Of a stretch of DNA of 64,000 bases, positions 48,421 through 57,389 are shown one piece after another. The stretch is from positions 621-64,620 of the forward strand of contig CAXXWY010000026.1 of assembly GCA_963668505.2 (NCBI GenBank), read 5' to 3'. The notes beneath the pieces were generated by a model that worked only from the letters and a program-made list of their open reading frames with translations, was not told the DNA's origin and made no database searches. Every line of letters begins with the position of its first letter. The first letter of the stretch is position 1. The position numbers and the translations under genes were made by a program. The stretch is from Dehalococcoidia bacterium (GTDB lineage Bacteria > Chloroflexota > Dehalococcoidia > Lucifugimonadales > UBA3495).

Positions 48421-48744
48421 ATGGCCGAGCCAGGCTTTGTAAAAGTTGCGGACTTAAGCGACCTTCCCCCGGGGGAGATGATAGTCGTGGAGTCGGGAGG
48501 CGAGCAGGTATTGCTGGTAAACGTCGAGGGCAATGTGTACGCCTGCGACGACATTTGCTCTCACGCCTTCGCCTCACTCTCCGAGGGCGACTTGAACGGG
48601 GAAGAGGTCGAGTGCCCGCTGCACGGGTCGGCCTTCAACGTGACCACCGGCGAGGCGCTCACTCCGCCGGCCTTCGAAAACGTCAAGACCTATCAACTGC
48701 GGGTGGAAGACGGGAACATTCTGCTGGGGCCGCCCAACAGCTAG
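48421..48744 (+). CDS. Rieske [2Fe-2S] ferredoxin-type protein
   Basis: CSH...(17 aa)...CPLHG cluster-binding motifs in 107 aa. Confidence 0.9.
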   Translation: MAEPGFVKVADLSDLPPGEMIVVESGGEQVLLVNVEGNVYACDDICSHAFASLSEGDLNGEEVECPLHGSAFNVTTGEALTPPAFENVKTYQLRVEDGNILLGPPNS

Positions 48745-48850
48745 CGCCCGGCGGCTCAGCCCGTGTCAGCCCCAGACGCCGCGTGTTCCCCATGCCGGCG
48801 GACCCGTTGCCTTTCTACAAGGCCGCCGGTGGTGCGGCTGGCCTACCGGA

Positions 48851-49462
48851 CTATTTGAACAGGTTCTGCACCAAGGACGACGCGGGACTCAACAACTGGA
48901 ACTGCGAGAAGGGCCAGTAGACCAGCCACACCTTTCCACGGATATTTTCCTCGGGCACCGGGCCCCAGGTGCGGGAGTCCCGGCTGTTGCGCCGGTTGTC
49001 TCCAATCACGTAGTACTCTCGCTCTTTCAGCAACGTCGGCCCGTCGTTGGAGCGGTCATGTTCCAGCAAGTACGGTTCATCCAAGAGAACGCCGTCGATG
49101 TACACCATACCGTTGCGTACCGCCACCTCTTCTCCGGGTAGGCCCACGACCCTTTTGACGAAGTCTTTCCTGGTGTCTCCGGGGAATTGGAACACGATCA
49201 CCTCGCCTCGCTCAGGAGGATGGATGGCAAAGTGCCCCTCCGGCTCTTCCACGTTCCAAAACGGAATTATCCGGGCTATGCGGCCGGTGTCTATCTTGAA
49301 GTAGACCAGCTTGTTGACCAAGAGATACTGGCCGTTTTCCACCGTCGGCTGCATGCTCGACCCGTCGACCTTGAAGTTGGATACGCTTATCTGCAGTAAC
49401 AGGAAGACAATCAAGGCCAGGGCCACGGCCTCGACGGCTTCCCTCACAACGCGCGACATCAT
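48851..49462 (-). CDS. lepB: signal peptidase I
   Basis: N-terminal TM segment, GSSMQPT (catalytic Ser), KRVVGLPGE (Lys) and GDNRRNSRDSR boxes. Confidence 0.95.
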   Translation of the reverse strand: MMSRVVREAVEAVALALIVFLLLQISVSNFKVDGSSMQPTVENGQYLLVNKLVYFKIDTGRIARIIPFWNVEEPEGHFAIHPPERGEVIVFQFPGDTRKDFVKRVVGLPGEEVAVRNGMVYIDGVLLDEPYLLEHDRSNDGPTLLKEREYYVIGDNRRNSRDSRTWGPVPEENIRGKVWLVYWPFSQFQLLSPASSLVQNLFK

Positions 49463-49664
49463 AGTTGCCAGAAGCCCGGATTCAGATTGCGACTCGAATC
49501 AGTTATAGTAGGAGCGCCGTATTTGGCGGAGGCGTGAGAAAATTATACACCTGCGCCACTGACGCGCCGTATTCTGCGCCGGCGGTGTTTGGGCCTAAAC
49601 GGCGCATTTGCTACAATCGCCCGGAGGCCCGCCGCGGCAGTCACCACACCGGGAAGGTCAATCC

Positions 49665-50012
49665 ATGTCCTTGCATGAACGCTGGATGAACAGAAGGCAA
49701 ATTCGGCAAGGCGGCGGCCGGGGCAATGGGGACGACCACGTAGACGCCATGTTCGGCAGCACCGAGCTTTATATCTATCAGACTCCCAACACCAGGCCCA
49801 AGGGCTTTGAATCCCTGAAGACCTACCTTGAGACCCAGGGCTGCCAGGTCGCGTTCACCGCCGACGGCCCCCCCGAACTCAGCCGACACCAGACCGTGAG
49901 AATCACCCGCCGGGACTCGGAGGAAATACCGGCGGCCGTCATCAAACGGTCCCACAGTTGGGCCCACCGCAGAAACTATCTGCACAGCTTCTTCAGGCCA
50001 ATGTACCGCTAG
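49665..50012 (+). CDS. hypothetical protein
   Basis: GGAAGG lies 8 nt upstream of ATG 49665. The plus-frame translation has a realistic composition, whereas the opposite-strand ORF is G/A/V-rich shadow. Confidence 0.4.
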   Translation: MSLHERWMNRRQIRQGGGRGNGDDHVDAMFGSTELYIYQTPNTRPKGFESLKTYLETQGCQVAFTADGPPELSRHQTVRITRRDSEEIPAAVIKRSHSWAHRRNYLHSFFRPMYR

Positions 50013-50044
50013 CGGCCACAAGGCGCCGCCGCTTGTGGGCCCGC

Positions 50045-50932
50045 CTAGCCCTTGCCCTGCAGTTGTTCCACCAGCCGGCGTATGGTCTGGTCCCAGGTGC
50101 GGGACAGGTCCCGGGTCTCCGGAGTTTCATCTCCCAACTCCGAGCTTCCGATGAGCCGGTACATTTCCGCCACTCCCTGGAAGAGCAGGGGCGTCAGCCC
50201 CACGCCGCCGAACGTGGCTTCTATCTCCTGCATCTCGCTGACCCAGCGGCGGGACCTGGCCGGCAGCGCCGGAATAAAACCCTCCATCCTTTTCCACGCC
50301 GCCGGTTCGCTGTTCTCGAACTCCTCTTGCAGCGGTTTGGACAGCCCCATGATCTCCGCCGCCATCAGGAGTTGGGCTTGGAGGGCCGCCGACCCCTTGG
50401 TCAGCGCGGCGTAGCACATCTTGATGCCGGAGGCCTGGCCGACCTCGGCCCCGATGATTCGCACGTCCAGCCCGTAGCGCTCCAGTCCCTGAAACTCCGC
50501 CGCGTTGGGGCCCGACGCGTAGAACCTGGGGCAGTGACCGTCTCTTGGCGGTCCGCCGATTATCGACGCATCGACGTACCGGCCTCCGGCTCCGGTGATG
50601 AGCTTGTCCATGCGCTGTGAGAGCTGGGGGGCTATGGCGTTGCACTCGGCGAACAGCAGGTCGGCCCCGGTGCGTTGCAGAACATCGGCGATGTCCTGGC
50701 ACAGACCGGGCACCGCTTCGCTGACGGTGATGGACAGGAGCATGTCCGCCTGCTGCACCAACTCGTCCAAACTTGGGACGTCAGGGATCCCTGCCTGTTG
50801 GGCCAACCCCCTGGTGCGGGCGCTCCTCCCAGTCAGGCAGGTGATGACCCGGAGTCCGTTCTCTCGCAGCAGGCGGCCCACGGCGTGCCCCATGTCGCCG
50901 GGGCTGATGATGGCGACCGTTTCAACCGGCAT
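50045..50932 (-). CDS. NAD(P)-binding dehydrogenase, 6PGDH/HIBADH-like with a DUF1932-type C-terminus
   Basis: VAIISPGDMGHAVG Rossmann start and a C-terminal helical domain (GIKMCYAALTKG). Confidence 0.7.
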   Translation of the reverse strand: MPVETVAIISPGDMGHAVGRLLRENGLRVITCLTGRSARTRGLAQQAGIPDVPSLDELVQQADMLLSITVSEAVPGLCQDIADVLQRTGADLLFAECNAIAPQLSQRMDKLITGAGGRYVDASIIGGPPRDGHCPRFYASGPNAAEFQGLERYGLDVRIIGAEVGQASGIKMCYAALTKGSAALQAQLLMAAEIMGLSKPLQEEFENSEPAAWKRMEGFIPALPARSRRWVSEMQEIEATFGGVGLTPLLFQGVAEMYRLIGSSELGDETPETRDLSRTWDQTIRRLVEQLQGKG

Positions 50933-51035
50933 GATAAGTCCTCAACTCGTCCACGATAGAAAGCCCATCGAGCGATTGGCCCCAAAAGCGTTATGCGGGG
51001 CAATCTCCGGTAGGTTTTCGAGCTACGACGGTGGA

Positions 51036-51545
51036 TTAAGCCTGGGGCTCGGGCTCCAACCAGGGCTGGCCGAACTCCCGGCCGTCGGTGATTATGGACC
51101 TTCCCCGTAACGTCGAAAACTCGACCTCGTGCATCGACATTACCTTGTCTATCGTCACCTCCAGCACCAGCAGCTCCGTTCTCCCGGTCCTGGCCAGCAC
51201 CTCCTGGGTGAGGGCCGCTCCCCGTTCTTCCCCTACGTACCCAATCAAGATGCGTTCCAGCACCTGGTCACGGTTTTCCGACGTAATCCGGCCCTCCCCT
51301 TCCAGGACTACGTATTTGTAGGGGCGTTCGTCGGTGGCGATGGACAGGGCCACCTTGGGATTGTGGCGGATGTTGTTTAGCTTCACCGTCCCTTCGTAAA
51401 CCGCCACGTAGGCCTTGCCGTCCCAGGCTCCAAAAGAGACCGGCGCCACGTGGGGACGCCCGTCGGGCCGCACGGTCGCCACGTGGGCTATGTGGGCCCC
51501 TCTTTCGATGAAATCCTTTATTTCTTCCGGGCTCAATCCGGCCAT
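51036..51545 (-). CDS. pyridoxamine 5'-phosphate oxidase family (FMN/F420-binding split-barrel) protein
   Basis: IAHVATVRPDGRPHVAPV...KLNNIRHNPKVAL pattern. Confidence 0.75.
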   Translation of the reverse strand: MAGLSPEEIKDFIERGAHIAHVATVRPDGRPHVAPVSFGAWDGKAYVAVYEGTVKLNNIRHNPKVALSIATDERPYKYVVLEGEGRITSENRDQVLERILIGYVGEERGAALTQEVLARTGRTELLVLEVTIDKVMSMHEVEFSTLRGRSIITDGREFGQPWLEPEPQA

Positions 51546-51612
51546 CTCTACCTCCTTGCCCCCAGGGATAGAATCTCCAGTCCTGAGGGTCCCGGCCCTT
51601 TGCCCCGTCGCT

Positions 51613-53241
51613 CTAAGAGCCTTGCAAGTCCTCGACGGCGCCCTCTACGTAGAGAATCGCCAACGAGTCCAGCACTGCACGTTCGATCTGGTCTTTCTGC
51701 TCCGGTTCCGTCCCGCTGCTGAGCCTGGCCAGCAGGTCTCCAACCGGGGTCTTGCCGTCGATGAGGGACACCAGCACCGCCACCAGGCCGCTGCACGGAG
51801 CCCCTTCGGGATGGCCGGGAGTCTTGACCGCGTAGCCCCACACGAACTCGCCCTGGCCTACAATGGGCTTCCGCTCCACGGTTACGCCCTCGGCCAAGAC
51901 CGGCGTCAGTTGTCTGAGCAGGGTGTCCCCGTCGCCGCTACAGCGAAGCTCGGCCGCCCGCCCCTGACGGAGCGCCCGGTCCGCCTCTACCGCTCCCAGG
52001 CTTTCCAGGAAGGCCGACGGGGCCATCCCGCGGTCCAAGACCGCCCGCTCGTAGCCCCTGGGCGGCTGCCCGGCCACCGCGCGGATGAAGGCGTGGCGCG
52101 GCGAGAACTCTGCCCCGCCGTCGACCAGGCGGCGCGCCTCCCAGAAATACGAGTCCACGCTGAGGTTGCTGGAGTAGAACAGCCGGGCCATCTCGCGGAA
52201 CTGGTTGTATTCCTGCAGAAACAACTCCTGGTACACCTGGGCCGCCGCAGCCTTCAGCCCAGCGTCTTTCAGGGCCGACGTTACGTAGGCCGCCGCCAGG
52301 ACGCCGGACATCAGGGCCAGGTGGACGCCGGAAGAAAACAGGGGGTCCACGAAGCAGGCGGCGTCACCAGCCAGGATGTAGCCGTCGCCGACCAGCCGCC
52401 GGCAGACGTATGACCAGTCCTTGAGCACGGTGGGACCGGCGGTCAGCCGGGCTTCCCTTAGCATCTCCGCCGTCTTTGGGGCCTGGGCGATCTGGTCCAT
52501 CAGGAATTCGCGGGGGCCTGATTGCTGGACTCCCTCCTGGTTCGAGGCGCTGTCGACGACCGCGCCGACGCTGGCCCATCCGGTGTGGAGGGGTATGACC
52601 CACAGCCAGCCGTTGGCGTAGGACTCTATGAATATGTTGGTCTGGTCCGGCTTGGGCAAATGGCGAAAGTTGTCGAAGTAGGCGTAGACCGCCAGGTTCC
52701 GAAAGAAATCGTCCCACTCCCGCATCCCAAGCTGGTGGGCCAGCAGCCCGCCCTGGCCGCTGGCGTCGACCACGAACCGGGCCGGCTCGCTCCGGCGTTT
52801 GCCGTCCGTCGATTCGTAGCGCACCCCGGTGGCCCTGTCGCCGTCGAACGTGACGTCCGAGACCCGGCAGCCCTCCCGGACGTCTACCCCGGCGGACCGG
52901 CTGTTCTCCAACAGGATCTGGTCGAACTGGGGCCGCCATACCTGGTATGAGTGGGGGTACTGGGGGTTGGTCTCTTGGAAGTACCAGCTCCACGGCGTCC
53001 TGTCCTTGCCCCACACCATGGTTGCGCCCCACTTGGGCAGAAACCCCGCCCGCTGCACCGCAGGCAGGACGCCCAACTCCTCCAAAACGGGCACGCTGGC
53101 GGGCAGCAGCGACTCTCCCACGTGGTCCCTGGGGAACCGCTCCCTTTCCAGCAGCAGCACGCTGGCACCCTGGCGCGCCAGCATAGTGGCGGCGGCGCTT
53201 CCCGCCGGGCCGCCGCCGACCACTATAACGTCATAGGTCAT
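51613..53241 (-). CDS. FAD-dependent oxidoreductase of the flavin-dependent halogenase family
   Basis: YDVIVVGGGPAGS (GxGxxG), HVGESLLP, the GWLWVIPL match to the WxWxIP motif, and AGDAACFVDPLFSSGVHLA. About 120 aa of extra C-terminus. Confidence 0.7.
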   Translation of the reverse strand: MTYDVIVVGGGPAGSAAATMLARQGASVLLLERERFPRDHVGESLLPASVPVLEELGVLPAVQRAGFLPKWGATMVWGKDRTPWSWYFQETNPQYPHSYQVWRPQFDQILLENSRSAGVDVREGCRVSDVTFDGDRATGVRYESTDGKRRSEPARFVVDASGQGGLLAHQLGMREWDDFFRNLAVYAYFDNFRHLPKPDQTNIFIESYANGWLWVIPLHTGWASVGAVVDSASNQEGVQQSGPREFLMDQIAQAPKTAEMLREARLTAGPTVLKDWSYVCRRLVGDGYILAGDAACFVDPLFSSGVHLALMSGVLAAAYVTSALKDAGLKAAAAQVYQELFLQEYNQFREMARLFYSSNLSVDSYFWEARRLVDGGAEFSPRHAFIRAVAGQPPRGYERAVLDRGMAPSAFLESLGAVEADRALRQGRAAELRCSGDGDTLLRQLTPVLAEGVTVERKPIVGQGEFVWGYAVKTPGHPEGAPCSGLVAVLVSLIDGKTPVGDLLARLSSGTEPEQKDQIERAVLDSLAILYVEGAVEDLQGS

Positions 53242-53305
53242 ACGAGACTTTCAAGCATTGCTTTAATGGGGCGGGAGCCATTAAGGGTCAATTCGGTCAT
53301 CGGGC

Positions 53306-53443
53306 GAACAATTTTATTTCCCCACCATTTCCGCTCATTTTCGCCCATTTGGGGGGGTGCTCGGTCGAGGGCCAGGGCCGGCGAGGCGGGGGGAGAAATT
53401 TTTAGTTTCCCTTCCATTTCCTCTCATTTCGTCCCATTTTGCC
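53306..53443 (-). repeat. two copies of the iteron-like box (53306-53353, 53393-53443)
   Basis: Minus strand: CCCAAATGGGCGAAAATGAGCGGAAATGGTGGGGAAATAAAATTGTTC and GGCAAAATGGGACGAAATGAGAGGAAATGGAAGGGAAACTAAAAATTTCTC. Confidence 0.8.
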
Positions 53444-53740
53444 GGGCCGTCGCCGGGCGGGAGTCGTTTCGCAGTTGGAACGAACAAGGGACGAATCGGG
53501 CATGGGGCCGAAATCCTCCAGGTCCTCTCTTAAGAAATAGCCGAGGGCCAATTGCCGGTGATAAACAATTAAGGCGTTACCGGCCCTTGGTATGGGGATA
53601 ATGTGGTTTGAGTGTAGGTATTGGCGTTCGGGCCTGTCAAGCGAGGTGTGTCATCGCCGGGGGGGCGTTTGCTTCTAGGGTTTAGCCTATGTAACCGTAG
53701 GTGCCGCAGGCCCTAAAAGAAAACGGAACCGTGAAAGCGC

Positions 53741-56700
53741 CTAGTCCGCGTATGGGCCGCCGTGCAGCCGCCGATACACTTCCAGGAAGGCATCTACTCT
53801 CTCAGGAGGCGTGTTTTCGAGCAAGGTCTGGTAGAACACCTCTTCAACCCGACGGAGCTCGTTTTCGTCCTTGAAAAAGTTGCGTTCCTCCCCTTCTACA
53901 ACGACGGTGTGGTCTTGGTCATGGAATTCCAAGTACAATGCCCGCATTGTTGCCGACAGCGCGTCCTCGCCCACCGCTTCGTACAGTTCCAGCAGGAAGT
54001 ACGCTCCAAGTACGTAGTTGCACTCAAGCGGAGCACGGGGGTCTTGGAATTCCCTTTCATTCAACTCGTGGATGTTTCTTATTCCTTGTTTGAAGCAGCC
54101 CGCCTCGACATCCCGTCTGAGGTCGCTCCTTTGATCTTCGAGGCTCACCAGACCGGCCCTGTCGGTGGTATACAACCGCATGAAATCGGCCCCGCCTTCA
54201 GCAATCCAACGTGGTCCGAAATCAAAGTAGTAGTGGGCTACTTCGTGATATATGGTCTCCCGCGAAATTGGATGGGGCTCGTATCGTGTAACATAGAAAA
54301 AGCCGGGCCAGTGCTCACCGGCCCAGTAATCCCCGCCGATGGGGACTATTAGGATAACGTCCGTCGCGGGGAAGGGTTCGCCCATAAACCCCTCGGTGGC
54401 TCGTACTGCGTCTTCAATCATTGCCGTCAAATCTTCGCCGGGAGAAAAGGGTTCAGATTGGACGGCCCACAAGTTGATGTCGCCCGCCAGGGGTAGTGAC
54501 ACTGCCGACCTCTGGACGAAAGTGGCATTGAGAAAGTCGCCGTACATCGACTCGTTGTTAAGTGTGCTCTTCACGTACCCCAGTACGGCCATGCGGGCCA
54601 TTGATTCATAGTCGGCTACCCGGTCCAACCATGTCCTCGCCATCTCCGGGTCGCTCCACAATAGTCCAAGCACCCCCGAATCAACCTCGGTAATGCCGTC
54701 CGCTACCCAAGGGAGAGCGGCAACCTGCTGGCCTAAAGCAAGGTCCGTGCCCGCAAGCTCCCGCAAGAAATAAAGCCCTAGCTCCTCCGTTATGGTAATG
54801 CCGTCTGCGAGCCAAGGGAGAGCGGCAACCTGTTGGGCTAGGGCAAGGTCTGCGTCCACCAGGTTCCGAAAGCTTGAAATCACCCTGTACTCACTTACGG
54901 TAACGGCGTCTGCATACCAGGGGAAGCCTGTTATCCGCAGAGCGAGCTCCACGTCTCGGTGCCCGAGCGCCGACGAATGCGCAATCGCCCATCGCTCATT
55001 TACAGTAATGCCGTCGGCTATCCAAGGGAGCGCAAACACGCGGCGGGCGAGCGCCGCATCAATAGGGAAAAGATAGTCCACCCTATCAATGTAGGTAAGC
55101 CCCCCCAATAAATCAATCGTGCCCACCTCCACTTCGCCGATGCCGTCGGCTACCCACGGTAGACGGGCGAGAAAATCCCCGGCCTCGGGGTTTTGAAGAT
55201 AAATAATCAGGATTTCGCTCCCGGCCGAGACATGGTATTCATCGGGAGGGTCGTCGAACCAAGGGATGATGTCGCTCAGATGCCTCTCCGCCCTTTCGCG
55301 TAAGGCGGGCGCAGGGTCTGGTGTCGGCGTAAGACTGACCTCGATGCCCCCTACATCCTCACCGTCTAAGGTCACTTCAAGCGCCTGCCCGCGCTCGGTC
55401 ACTGTCCCTCCTTCCCCGTCATACCACCCCACCGAGTGCCAGCCGTCGCCGTCCTTCGTTGCCCAAATCTGCAGGACATAGCCGCCCCTCGGCGCTTGTA
55501 TCTCGAAAGCTCCGTCGGGTTCAGCTTCCACCCAATATTCCTGGTCGTATTGGCTCCACGCCGAAACCGCTACCCCCGCTGCTGTATGCCTTACTACGCC
55601 ACTTAAGGTCACCCCCATAGAGGTCGGAACTGGCGTTGGAGTAACTGTGGGAGCAGGCGTAGGGGTCGCCGTGGGTGTTGGCGTGGGCGTAGGTTCTGGC
55701 GTCGGAGCCGGGGGCAGTGTGGGCATAGGCGTAGGCGTGAGTGTAGAAACCTGGGTTGGGGCTACTGTTGGCGTAGCCGTCGGAGTGGGAGTAGGCGCCG
55801 GGCCGTCCTGGCGCAGGCGGAGCATGAGCTTGTCCCCGGCCTGCCACGGCTGGGATGCTACGCTCCAGGTCAACGTGTTGCCTGAAACCGTGGCCGCGCT
55901 CCAATCCAGAGAGTGTATTACCGTTCCGTCCAGGGTGATGAAGTCGAGGGTGTGGCCCGACAGGGACGTGGGGGCGCTCAGGGTCAGCGTCGCCGAGCCG
56001 CTCTCCCACTTCAGTGACTGGAGCTCCGTGCTCACGTCGTCGAACGTGAATGCCTTGGGCTTCAGCACGCCGTTGGAAGCGTCCACTCCCACGGCGGAGC
56101 CGATGGCCACCGGGTCGAACAAGGCTTCATGCACCGTGCCCGAAGGCGCAGTGACGGTAACCGTCCAAGCCGAGTAGCTATCTGTTGGCTTGAAGTTGCA
56201 CGGGAAGTAGTAATGGTGCTGTGCGATATAATCAACGCTGTACGAGCCTCCGGGCAATGGCCGCTCGGTGAAAAGGCCAGCGTAATAGCCGTTTAAGGAG
56301 GACTTGTCGTTGTCGATTATCACGGCCTCGAATAAACCTGCATCGGCGCCGCGCAGCCACCACCGGTTATACTGCGGCTCCCTGTAATGGTGGTCATATC
56401 TAAAGACCTCTGCGCCGGCCGCTAAGCCGGAGGCGAGCGTCTTAGCCATTTGGTACGGTGCTAGGTCATGCGCGCGAACGGTGCGCTCACGTAGAATCCT
56501 ACTGCTAACGCAGTCTTTGAAGCCCGCGGTTCCCTCCCCAGCCTTGAGTTCGGCCTTTAGTGCCGCGATCTGGGACTTTAGCGCCGCCAGGGTAATGGTC
56601 GGAGGCGGCGTCTTGGCTCCGTTTGTGACAAACTCGGTGGATGGGCTGGCTGCGCTTGCGCCTCCGCTGGCATTTTGGGCTGGCAGCCAGGCCCGGCTCA

Positions 56701-57376
56701 GATTGTCGATGGTATAGTTCCAGGGCGATCCGGCGGTGTCGGACGTGATGAACTCGGCGGTCCTGGTGGAAGAGGTTCCGGTTGCGCCCGATGCAGCAGA
56801 CGTCGTCTGGCTCAAGTCAACGAATAGAATCGCCTGCCGATTGTCCCAGGTGGTGTTACGCGTCGATGCAGTGTGTTTTGCATAACTAAGAGCCCCGTTC
56901 CTAGTGTCTTCGGTAAAGTTGTTTCGGACCACCACCACGATTTCGTTGGGCCCGCTGCCCTCAAGATATTCGTGGACGGTGAACCTGAGTTCATGGATGG
57001 CCCGGTATAGTGTCTCTGTGCCTGAAACAGTCTCCACCGTCGGTGTCAAGGACACAAAGGTCGCCCGCACGACGACCGTGGAGTCAGAATCCAATGCGTT
57101 AAATATCTGTTCCTCCAATGAGGGGGCGACATACAACTCCGGGGGGCCGCCGTGATGGTCGTACTCGCTTTCCGAGTCTGGGGTGGGTGAATCCGTTGCT
57201 GCCGGGGTTGGCTGCGAATCAGGTTGAACTGTTGTAGGTGTTGGCTCAGGACTGGGTTGCTGCGTCGCGCCGGGGTTTGGCTGGGCGGAGTTGCACGCCG
57301 ATAGAAAAGCTATGGCTAGGCACAGCGTCAGGACAGTGGCCCCAAGGCGTCTCATTAGGCTGGGGGTTGCGGTCAT
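53741..57376 (-). CDS. secreted lipoprotein with a C-terminal gluzincin-type metallopeptidase domain
   Basis: Lipobox LSAC after a hydrophobic signal. Pro/Thr-rich linkers. Five LPW[IVL]ADGI[TG] repeats. YHEVAHYY (HExxH) followed by WIAEGGADF. Confidence 0.75.
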   Translation of the reverse strand: MTATPSLMRRLGATVLTLCLAIAFLSACNSAQPNPGATQQPSPEPTPTTVQPDSQPTPAATDSPTPDSESEYDHHGGPPELYVAPSLEEQIFNALDSDSTVVVRATFVSLTPTVETVSGTETLYRAIHELRFTVHEYLEGSGPNEIVVVVRNNFTEDTRNGALSYAKHTASTRNTTWDNRQAILFVDLSQTTSAASGATGTSSTRTAEFITSDTAGSPWNYTIDNLSRAWLPAQNASGGASAASPSTEFVTNGAKTPPPTITLAALKSQIAALKAELKAGEGTAGFKDCVSSRILRERTVRAHDLAPYQMAKTLASGLAAGAEVFRYDHHYREPQYNRWWLRGADAGLFEAVIIDNDKSSLNGYYAGLFTERPLPGGSYSVDYIAQHHYYFPCNFKPTDSYSAWTVTVTAPSGTVHEALFDPVAIGSAVGVDASNGVLKPKAFTFDDVSTELQSLKWESGSATLTLSAPTSLSGHTLDFITLDGTVIHSLDWSAATVSGNTLTWSVASQPWQAGDKLMLRLRQDGPAPTPTPTATPTVAPTQVSTLTPTPMPTLPPAPTPEPTPTPTPTATPTPAPTVTPTPVPTSMGVTLSGVVRHTAAGVAVSAWSQYDQEYWVEAEPDGAFEIQAPRGGYVLQIWATKDGDGWHSVGWYDGEGGTVTERGQALEVTLDGEDVGGIEVSLTPTPDPAPALRERAERHLSDIIPWFDDPPDEYHVSAGSEILIIYLQNPEAGDFLARLPWVADGIGEVEVGTIDLLGGLTYIDRVDYLFPIDAALARRVFALPWIADGITVNERWAIAHSSALGHRDVELALRITGFPWYADAVTVSEYRVISSFRNLVDADLALAQQVAALPWLADGITITEELGLYFLRELAGTDLALGQQVAALPWVADGITEVDSGVLGLLWSDPEMARTWLDRVADYESMARMAVLGYVKSTLNNESMYGDFLNATFVQRSAVSLPLAGDINLWAVQSEPFSPGEDLTAMIEDAVRATEGFMGEPFPATDVILIVPIGGDYWAGEHWPGFFYVTRYEPHPISRETIYHEVAHYYFDFGPRWIAEGGADFMRLYTTDRAGLVSLEDQRSDLRRDVEAGCFKQGIRNIHELNEREFQDPRAPLECNYVLGAYFLLELYEAVGEDALSATMRALYLEFHDQDHTVVVEGEERNFFKDENELRRVEEVFYQTLLENTPPERVDAFLEVYRRLHGGPYAD

Positions 57377-57389
57377 GTCGTTGTTCTCC

